Origin: a bacterium
GTDB taxonomy: Bacteria > Zhuqueibacterota > Zhuqueibacteria > Oceanimicrobiales > Oceanimicrobiaceae
NCBI GenBank assembly: GCA_046757025.1
Contig: JBHHXN010000149.1
Coordinates: 1-12,850, forward strand
Length of the DNA stretch: 12,850 nt
Direction: 5' to 3'
How positions within the stretch are numbered: the first letter of the stretch is position 1; each line of letters starts with the position of its first letter. This document shows positions 1-6,944 of the stretch, one piece after another. Under the pieces are notes generated by a model, which saw nothing but the letters and a program-made list of their open reading frames with translations, was not told where the DNA came from and made no database searches. The translations under genes were made by a program, and so were the position numbers.

Positions 1-90
1 TATCAATCGAAAAGAGCTTTTATAAGTTCAAGCTGAGTTAACTGGATAGCCGTATGACGTGATTCATAAACCAACTGTTAATTAAGAGGT

Positions 91-225
91 TACTGATTGT
101 TCTACTTTCACCCTGAGCCCTTCGACAAGCTCAGGATAAACAGTGTCGAAGGGGGACTAGTTCTGGCTGTAATTCATGCTTCGACTCCGCTCAGCATGAA
201 GACGCTCGTTTTCGGTCAATCACTA
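91..225. repeat. TIR-bounded REP/MITE-like palindromic element
   Basis: TTCACCCTGAGC...GTCGAAGGG (107-153) is inverted to TGCTTCGACTCCGCTCAGCATGAA (177-200). Right end TTTTCGGTCAATCACTA (209-225); degenerate left end TACTGATTGTTC (91-102). Bases 107-135 are identical to 12822-12850. Confidence 0.8.
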
Positions 226-255
226 ACTATAAGCGATTACAGGATATTTTTTTTC

Positions 256-535
256 GGACTCAGATGAACGCAGATGTTCACGGATTTTTTCGTTATCTTC
301 ACTGAGAATGCCTTGAGGTCAAAGATGGCATCATTATTCCTAATGCAGCGAAAAGCCGCAAACCGAAAAGCGAAATTCGCAAAAAGGAATTCCAGAGTTG
401 GCTTGTCTATTTCAAAATCTATAGACGACGAATTTCGGTTTCCGGTTTTCGATTTTTATTTTTCTTGGCAAAAAAATGCAATAGTTCAGTGTTAATACTA
501 TAAAAATCAGCGGAATTCAGCGTGAATCTGTGTCC
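256..535. repeat. Nested imperfect inverted repeats with 9-nt and 7-nt periodic arms
   Basis: 256-289 matches the reverse complement of 502-535 at 25/34. 355-379 matches the reverse complement of 429-453 at 20/25. Confidence 0.7.
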
Positions 536-667
536 AATAAATGAGAACCTAAATCGCGGAGTAAATCAACATGCGATCGGTTACAATTAACTGCAATCTG
601 ACATGATTTATTTTCATAGAAGCCTTTTGTCTCTGAAATTATTCATTAAATTACCGGGAGATTTACC

Positions 668-1714
668 ATGGTTGGCATAGTTGGTTACGGTGCGTACGTG
701 CCGTGTTATCGCATCAAAGCGGAGGAAATTGCGGTGCAATGGGGAAACGATCCGGCGGCGGTGAAAAAAGGTTTGCTGCTTGAAGAGAAAACCGTGCCGG
801 GTCTGGATGAGGACACCATCACCATTTCTGTGGCCGCGGCAAAAAACGCTCTGCGGCGGGCGGAAATCGATCCTCGCGACATTGGCGCTATCTACATCGG
901 GTCGGAGTCGCATCCTTACGCGGTGAAGCCCAGCGGCACCGTGCTCACCGATGCGCTGGGCATCGGTCCCGATGTGCACGTGGCGGATTATGAATTTGCC
1001 TGCAAAGCCGGCACCGAGTCCATGTTTGTGGCGTACAGTCACGTGAAGTCGGGTTTGATGAAGTACGCCCTGGGCATCGGTACCGACACTTCGCAGGGGG
1101 CGCCCAATGATGCGCTCGAATATACCGCTTCGGCCGGCGGCGCCGCCTTCATATTCGGACAGGAAAAGGTCGTGGCAGAGGTGGTCGATACCTATTCCTA
1201 CACCTCGGATACAGCGGATTTCTGGCGGCGGGAAGGAGAGTTTTATCCCCAGCACACCGGCCGTTTCACCGGCGCGCCGGCGTATTTTAAACACGTTTTA
1301 GGCGCTGGCAGGGCCATTCTTGAAAAAACCGGCTTCTCACCCAAAGATTTTGCTTACGCCATTTTCCACATGCCAAATGGCAAATTTCCCATGAAAGCGG
1401 GCCAGACCCTGGGATTTACCAAAGAACAAATTGAGCAGGGCTGGTTAGTGCCGATAATGGGCAACACCTATTCCGGCTCCTCGCCCACCGGCTTGACGGC
1501 CGTGCTGGATGTGGCCAAAGCTGACGATTTGATTCTGCTGGTTTCTTTCGGCTCCGGCGCCGGCAGCGATGCTTTTGTTTTTCGTGCAACGGATCAACTA
1601 AAAGAGGTTCAGAATAAAGCGCCCAAAACGCGCGACATGCTCAAAGGGCATAAAATCCATCTCAATTATGCGCAATATGCCAAGTACCGAGAAAAAATCA
1701 TCATGAACAATTGA
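668..1714 (+). CDS. mvaS: Hydroxymethylglutaryl-CoA synthase, archaeal type
   Basis: 348 aa ORF with RBS GGGAG at 656-660. N-terminus [20 protein letters not shown]; catalytic Glu ([11 protein letters not shown]), Cys (EFACKAGT) and His (FHMPNGKFP); GNTYSGSS and [11 protein letters not shown] motifs. Adjacent to thiolase and DUF35 genes as in archaea. Confidence 0.93.
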   Translation: MVGIVGYGAYVPCYRIKAEEIAVQWGNDPAAVKKGLLLEEKTVPGLDEDTITISVAAAKNALRRAEIDPRDIGAIYIGSESHPYAVKPSGTVLTDALGIGPDVHVADYEFACKAGTESMFVAYSHVKSGLMKYALGIGTDTSQGAPNDALEYTASAGGAAFIFGQEKVVAEVVDTYSYTSDTADFWRREGEFYPQHTGRFTGAPAYFKHVLGAGRAILEKTGFSPKDFAYAIFHMPNGKFPMKAGQTLGFTKEQIEQGWLVPIMGNTYSGSSPTGLTAVLDVAKADDLILLVSFGSGAGSDAFVFRATDQLKEVQNKAPKTRDMLKGHKIHLNYAQYAKYREKIIMNN

Positions 1715-1770
1715 TTTGTGAAAAATGGAAAATTTTGATAAAATACAACAAGTTTTCAGGAGAAATTAAA

Positions 1771-2922
1771 ATGCGAGAAGTTGCAATCATCGGAGCCGGT
1801 CTCACCCGGTTTGGTGAACTCTGGGAACAATCCTTTCGGGATCTGTTCGCCGAGGCCGGCCTGAAAGCCATTGAAGACGCCGGTGTGGATCATCTAGATT
1901 CTATGTACGTCGGTACCATGTCCGGCGGACTGTTTGTGGGGCAGGAGCATATCGGCGCGCTCATGGCGGATTATCTTGGGCAAACTCCTGTACCGGCCAC
2001 GCACGTGGAATCCGCTTGCGCCTCCAGCGGCGCGGCATTCAGGATGGCGTTTATCGAAGTCGCCAGCGGCATCAGCGATATCGTGTTGGCCGGCGGCGTG
2101 GAAAAAATGAACGACGGCGCAGATGTGACCTATGCGCTCTCCACGGCAGCAGATCAGGAGTACGAAGTGTTTCATGGCATCACCTTTCCCGGATTGTATG
2201 CCATGATCGCCCGCGCGCACATGCACCAGTATGGCACCACCCGCGAACAGTTAGCCAAAGTCGCCGTGAAAAATCACTACAACGGTAAACGCAATCCCAA
2301 GGCGCAATTCCCCATGGAGATCACAATGGAGCAGGTGTTAAATTCCAGCATGGTGGCGGATCCGTTGCGCCTGCTGGACTGTTCGCCGGTGAGCGACGGC
2401 GCCTCGGCGGTTATTTTGTGTCCGTTGGAAATGGCCAAAAAGTTTGCCGATTCGCCGGTGAAAGTCATCGGCTGCGGTCAGGCCTCGGATTCCATCGCGC
2501 TGCACACCCGAGACGAACTGTCGTTTTTGCCGGCCGTAGCCCGCTCTGCGGAACAGGCCTACAAAATGGCAGGGTTGAGTCCTGGCGACATCGACGTGGC
2601 GGAAGTGCATGACTGCTTCACCATCGCCGAAATTCTCGCAATGGAAGCCCTGGGATTCGTTGAAAAAGGTCAGGGCGGCAAAGCGGTTGACGCCGGCCTG
2701 AACAGCCTGGATGGCAAAATTCCCATCAACACCAGCGGCGGACTCAAATCCAAAGGCCATCCGGTGGGAGCCACGGGCGTGGCGCAGATCATCGAAATAT
2801 TTGAGCAGTTGCGTGGCAATGCCGGCGAACGGCAGGTAAAAAACGCCCGTATCGGCCTGGCACAGAATATGGGCGGATCCGGCGGCAGTAGTGTGGTTCA
2901 TATCATGGAGGCGGTCTCATGA
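1771..2922 (+). CDS. Acetoacetyl-CoA thiolase, archaeal/SCP2-like type (partner of HMG-CoA synthase)
   Basis: ATG at 1771 follows RBS CAGGAG (1757-1762) and is preferred over the TTG at 1711. Motifs ESACASS (catalytic Cys), [26 protein letters not shown] and C-terminal NMGGSG. Confidence 0.92.
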   Translation: MREVAIIGAGLTRFGELWEQSFRDLFAEAGLKAIEDAGVDHLDSMYVGTMSGGLFVGQEHIGALMADYLGQTPVPATHVESACASSGAAFRMAFIEVASGISDIVLAGGVEKMNDGADVTYALSTAADQEYEVFHGITFPGLYAMIARAHMHQYGTTREQLAKVAVKNHYNGKRNPKAQFPMEITMEQVLNSSMVADPLRLLDCSPVSDGASAVILCPLEMAKKFADSPVKVIGCGQASDSIALHTRDELSFLPAVARSAEQAYKMAGLSPGDIDVAEVHDCFTIAEILAMEALGFVEKGQGGKAVDAGLNSLDGKIPINTSGGLKSKGHPVGATGVAQIIEIFEQLRGNAGERQVKNARIGLAQNMGGSGGSSVVHIMEAVS

Positions 2923-3311
2923 AATCACCAAGATACACACGTGAAATTCCGCAACGCTATCGCCTTGAAGCTGCTAAATGCCAGGGCTGCGGAAAAATTC
3001 ATTTTCCACCGAGATTGGTCTGTTCGCATTGCCAATCACGGGAATTCACCACCGTGACATTGCAAAATCAGGGTAAAGTGTTGACCTACACCATCATCCA
3101 CATTGCGCCCGAACAGTTTGCCACGCAGACGCCTTATGTGGTAGCTATTATTGAGCTGAATGACGGGGTTAAAATCACCAGTCAAATTGTGGACTGCGCC
3201 CCCGAGGAAGTGCAAATCGGTTCGAAAGTGGAATTGGTTTTCCGCAAAGTCCAGCAGGATGGCCAGGCCGGAATTTTGTGCTATGGATACAAAGGCGTGT
3301 TGGTAAGGTAA
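2919..3311 (+). CDS. DUF35-family Zn-ribbon/OB-fold protein (scaffold subunit of the thiolase-HMGS complex)
   Basis: 130 aa with two CxxC pairs ([14 protein letters not shown]), then [19 protein letters not shown] and YGYK OB-fold signatures. ATGA overlap with the thiolase stop codon. Confidence 0.92.
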   Translation: MKSPRYTREIPQRYRLEAAKCQGCGKIHFPPRLVCSHCQSREFTTVTLQNQGKVLTYTIIHIAPEQFATQTPYVVAIIELNDGVKITSQIVDCAPEEVQIGSKVELVFRKVQQDGQAGILCYGYKGVLVR

Positions 3312-3584
3312 AGATAATCGGTGATTTGTTCGAAATTTATTCAACGACGCGGTTTCCAAAGCGCTGCTCATGGTCGGGACTTGATCCTCGTGCTGGTTTT
3401 GTGTGTATGCCCATTCTCGACGGGAGACTTGCCCTCTGGTCTTTAGGCAAACTATGAAAAGATAGGTGTCAAATGAAGTAAGACTCTCGGGCGCGGTGGA
3501 GAAGAACGGGTTGCATAAAACACAATTTGATAAAAAACCTTAGAAATTCGGTAGCAGAAACCATCAGAATAAATAAAGGAATTT

Positions 3585-5138
3585 ATGAATTCAAATTCAA
3601 ATACAAGTTCTGTGGCGGACCTTACCCGCTACCTGCAACATCTGAGCATTGACATCGATGCGAAGAACGATAGTCTGGCCATTATTTTGGCGGCCGGCCA
3701 CGGCAAGCGCATCAAATCCCATACATCCAAAATGCTGCACAAGATCTGGGGCGCCCCTACGGTGATGCGGGTAGCTGAAGCCGCTAAAGAGGGCCTGGGA
3801 ACGGAGAATCAAATAATTGTGGTGGGCATCAAAGCCCGCGATGTGGCGGAATTTTTGGGAAAAAGTCGTCACCGCGTGTTTGTTTTCCAGGCCGAACAAA
3901 GAGGCACCGGCGATGCCGTGCGCACCGCTTTATCTGCCATTTCCCCAAATGGTTTCCACGGCGATGTTTACATTTTTCCCGGCGACATGGGGTTGCTGCA
4001 TGCCGAAGTAGTGAAAAAGTTCAAAATGGATTTTCTCTCCAACAAATGCGACATGATGGTGTTGACCGGGCAGTACGAAGGCAATCCCAGTTTTAACACT
4101 TACGGCCGCATATTGCGCGTACCCGCCGAAGATATTTCGGGCCGCTCCTCCGGCGATGATTTTGACAAAGTCATCGAAATAAAAGAGCACAAAGATATTT
4201 TAGCCTTAAATGATTCCAAACCGTACTCAGTGAAATATAACGGTCACACTTATGAGTTTTCTAAACAGGAGTTGATTAACGTCCGAGAATTCAACACCGG
4301 CGTCTTTGCGTTTAAGGCGGACAAACTCCAGTCCCACATCCATCAGCTCAAATCGGATAACGTGCAAAACGAATTGTATGTGACCGATTTAATTAGTATT
4401 TTTAACCGAAACGGCTTGACGGTGAAAGCCGCAAAAGCCAAAGACAACAAAACGGTGCTGGGCTTTAATGAAAAAAGTGTTTTGAGAGAAATGGAACGAA
4501 TCGCCCGGGAGCAGGTTTATGACAAGCTGAAGAACATCATCACCATTGAGGACAAAGACGATTTCTTTATCGCCGACGATGTGGTGCAACAGATCATCGA
4601 GTTGGACAAAAAGCAAGGTTCACTGGATATCGTCATCGGGAAAGGCGTCTATATCGATAATAACGTGCATTTGAGCAAGGGCGTACAAATTGGCAACCAT
4701 GCTCATATTTCGGGGAATGTTTATCTGGGTGAGAATGTAAAAATACAGGAATCAGTGAATCTTTCAACTTACAAGCATCAGACATTGCGGGTAGGAAGCG
4801 GTTCGGAGCTGTTCAAAGGCGACATCATCAAAGGCAATCTCACCATCGGTGAAAATTGCCTCATCGAATCGAGCGTGAATATGACCGGCAGCGATGAATT
4901 TCCCACGCGAATCGGCAACAACGTCACCATCAAAGGCACGTCGTATATCTTTGGCAGCATTGTGGAAGATAATCTCTGGATCGAGCATTCGGTGCTGAAA
5001 TGCAAACACGTGGAAAAAATCGTCAAAAAAGACGGCAGCATTCAGCCCATTCGTTATGTGCTGCCCTTACCGGAAGGGTTGGATTCCATAAAAGAAATTT
5101 CTGGAGAATGTAACTATCCTCCAAATTCAAAACGGTGA
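3585..5138 (+). CDS. glmU: GlmU-like sugar-1-phosphate nucleotidyltransferase with C-terminal hexapeptide (left-handed beta-helix) repeats
   Basis: 517 aa with RBS AAAGGA just upstream. Motifs ILAAGHGKRIKS..KMLH, QAEQRGTGDAV, PGDMGL, YGRILR, EIKEHKD, EFNTG and NVQNELYVTD, followed by hexapeptide repeats (IGKGVYIDNNV, LGENVKI, IGENCLI, IGNNVTI). The acetyltransferase half looks atypical. Confidence 0.75.
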   Translation: MNSNSNTSSVADLTRYLQHLSIDIDAKNDSLAIILAAGHGKRIKSHTSKMLHKIWGAPTVMRVAEAAKEGLGTENQIIVVGIKARDVAEFLGKSRHRVFVFQAEQRGTGDAVRTALSAISPNGFHGDVYIFPGDMGLLHAEVVKKFKMDFLSNKCDMMVLTGQYEGNPSFNTYGRILRVPAEDISGRSSGDDFDKVIEIKEHKDILALNDSKPYSVKYNGHTYEFSKQELINVREFNTGVFAFKADKLQSHIHQLKSDNVQNELYVTDLISIFNRNGLTVKAAKAKDNKTVLGFNEKSVLREMERIAREQVYDKLKNIITIEDKDDFFIADDVVQQIIELDKKQGSLDIVIGKGVYIDNNVHLSKGVQIGNHAHISGNVYLGENVKIQESVNLSTYKHQTLRVGSGSELFKGDIIKGNLTIGENCLIESSVNMTGSDEFPTRIGNNVTIKGTSYIFGSIVEDNLWIEHSVLKCKHVEKIVKKDGSIQPIRYVLPLPEGLDSIKEISGECNYPPNSKR

Positions 5139-5212
5139 AAGATTCGAATCCAGAGATATGATTTTTAGCTGCAGTTTTGTTTTATGAAAATTTGAAATTT
5201 GTAATTTAGCTA

Positions 5213-5653
5213 ATGACGTCAAAAAAACAAATTTCAAAATTACTTTTTAAATATTTTACTTCAAAAGATGCCGTCGCATTGGCCTATTTGTTTGGTTCTG
5301 TAGTGAGCGGTGACCGGCATGCATTGAGCGACATCGATATCGGGGTGCTGCTCAAGCCGGATGCCGTTTTCAATTTGGATGACCAGTTGAGCTTGATAAC
5401 CGATTTGAGGAAATTGTTGGATTTCGACCACGTGGATTTGTCACTATTAAATGACGCCGCACCCCTGTTGAAGTTTGAGGTTGTGCAAAACGGCGAGCTG
5501 GTGTTTGTCACCGATGACGAGATTCGATGTGATTTTGAAGTGCGAGCGCGGCAGGAATATTTTGACATTCAACCTTTGCTGGAATTACAGTATGAGTATA
5601 TGCTGCAGCGAATTAAGGAGGGGGATTTTGCCCGAAAACACGTCAAAAATTAG
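5213..5653 (+). CDS. mntA: MNT-family minimal nucleotidyltransferase antitoxin (MntA-like adenylyltransferase)
   Basis: 146 aa with AYLFGS-VVSGDRHALS-DID, an exact GSX10DXD motif, and VDLSLLNDAAPLL. Immediately upstream of and overlapping a HEPN/DUF86 gene. Confidence 0.9.
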   Translation: MTSKKQISKLLFKYFTSKDAVALAYLFGSVVSGDRHALSDIDIGVLLKPDAVFNLDDQLSLITDLRKLLDFDHVDLSLLNDAAPLLKFEVVQNGELVFVTDDEIRCDFEVRARQEYFDIQPLLELQYEYMLQRIKEGDFARKHVKN

Positions 5654-6058
5654 AAATCGCCTGCAAAAGCTGGAGCAATATATTGAATATCTAAAAGCAA
5701 TTCAGTTAACTGAGATGGAAGTGTTCCAGACCGATCCGAAAGAATATTATTTTGCAGAACGTATTCTGGAATTGGCGACTCAATCTGTAATCGATATCGG
5801 TGCTCATTTAGTGGCAGCAAATAAACTTGGAAAAATTGATAAAAATAGAGACATCTTTCCGATTTTGGCAGAGAACAAAATTATCTCTGATAGCTTAGCT
5901 GCTGGGTTAGAAAATATGGCCATTTTAGAAATATCTTAGTACATGGATATGTGAAAATAGACCATGAGAAAGCATTTGAAATAATCCAGACTAAGGTTGT
6001 GGATCTGGAAGAATTTGTATTTTGTGTGACAGAATATCTTGCAAAAGAGGATAAATGA
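5628..6058 (+). pseudogene. hepT: HepT-like DUF86/HEPN RNase toxin, frameshifted (1-nt deficit near 5922-5926)
   Basis: TTG start at 5628 after RBS AAGGAGG. Frame 1 (AERILELATQSVIDIGAHL...LAENKII...LENMA) stops at 5939. The -1 frame from 5924 reads FRNILVHGYVKIDHEKAFEII...EDK* to TGA 6056-6058 and contains the RX4HXY motif. Joined length is about 143 aa. Confidence 0.88.
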
Positions 6059-6840
6059 ATTTGCAATTCTTAAAATATCAAATAGATGAATTTGTCGCCC
6101 TTTTGACTCTCAACCGGCCGCCGGTCAACGCGTTGAACCGGGAGCTGGTGGCGGAATTGGGCCAGGCAGCCGAGCAGATCGAGCGCGATGTGCAGGCCAG
6201 AAAAGTTCGGGCTGCCATTGTCACGGCTGAGGGAAAATATTTTTGTGCGGGCGCCGATTTAAAAGAGCGCATGCACCTGCCGGAAAAAGAAGTGGCGCCC
6301 ACGGTCAAAAATATCGGAGCGGCTATGAACAAGATCGCGGCCATTTCGGTACCCACCATCGCGGCTTTGCAGGGCAGCGCCATGGGAGGTGGTTTTGAAG
6401 TGGCGCTGGCAGCAGACATTCGCATCATGGTGGATTCCGCGCAGGTAGGCTTGCGCGAAACCGCACTGGCCATCCTTCCCGGCGCAGGCGGAACCCAGCG
6501 CTTAACCAGACTTATCGGGCCGAGCCAGGCGGTTTTGTGGATCACCACCGCCAAATTGTTCACGGCAGCCGAGGCTCTGGCTCACGGCGCAGTCAATCAA
6601 ATCGTGGCGGAAGACGAATTGATGCAGCAAGCCCGGCAATTGGCCGAAGACATCGCCCGAAACGGACCCGTAGCGGTGCAGCAAGCCAAAAAGGCCATTT
6701 ACAGCGGTCTGGGCCGGCCAATCGCAGAGGGTTTGCTGATCGAACAGCAATGCTACGGACGAGTCATCCCCACGTGCGACCGCCTGGAGGGCTTGCGGGC
6801 CTTTCAAGAAAAGCGATCGCCGAAATATCAAGGAGAATGA
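6055..6840 (+). CDS. Enoyl-CoA hydratase/crotonase family, 3-methylglutaconyl-CoA hydratase-like (YngF/AUH type)
   Basis: 261 aa with LTLNRPPVNAL, FCAGADLKER, GGGFEVALAADIR and ETALAILPGAGGTQRL (both catalytic Glu), and C-terminal DRLEGLRAFQEKRSPKYQGE. The subfamily call is an inference from the ADLKER and DRLEGL motifs. Confidence 0.88.
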   Translation: MNLQFLKYQIDEFVALLTLNRPPVNALNRELVAELGQAAEQIERDVQARKVRAAIVTAEGKYFCAGADLKERMHLPEKEVAPTVKNIGAAMNKIAAISVPTIAALQGSAMGGGFEVALAADIRIMVDSAQVGLRETALAILPGAGGTQRLTRLIGPSQAVLWITTAKLFTAAEALAHGAVNQIVAEDELMQQARQLAEDIARNGPVAVQQAKKAIYSGLGRPIAEGLLIEQQCYGRVIPTCDRLEGLRAFQEKRSPKYQGE

Positions 6841-6944
6841 AAGAGCAAAGAGTCTGATCAGGAAATCCATCATGAACGGATTTATGTTTTTGTCGTGACT
6901 GAAAATTTAACAAGATTAATGTGAATAAACAACAGGAGCTTCTG

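Noticed and set aside
274..495. 73-aa ORF upstream of HMG-CoA synthase
   Set aside because: It lies wholly within the nested inverted repeats, has no clear RBS and shows no recognisable motif.
1711..1770. 20-aa N-terminal extension of the thiolase from TTG 1711
   Set aside because: A strong RBS precedes ATG 1771, and [10 protein letters not shown] is the typical family N-terminus.
668..3311. PhlABC-type phloroglucinol acetyltransferase cluster
   Set aside because: The synthase keeps the HMGS catalytic Glu/Cys/His, and no type III PKS (phlD) is in the window.
3357..3440. glmS ribozyme or cobalamin riboswitch upstream of the glmU-like gene
   Set aside because: AGCGC is present but the GACGAGG core of glmS is not. 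GGAGACTTGCC resembles a B12 box, but the upstream GGGAA/CGGTG/ACTGT elements are missing.
5475..5627. N-terminal 51 codons of the 154-aa ORF 5475-5939
   Set aside because: They overlap mntA out of frame; the HEPN-like sequence begins at TTG 5628 after AAGGAGG.
6863..6892. Possible intrinsic terminator AAATCC-N9-GGATTT followed by a T-rich tract
   Set aside because: The stem is short and AT-rich with a large loop and an interrupted U-tract; too weak to call.
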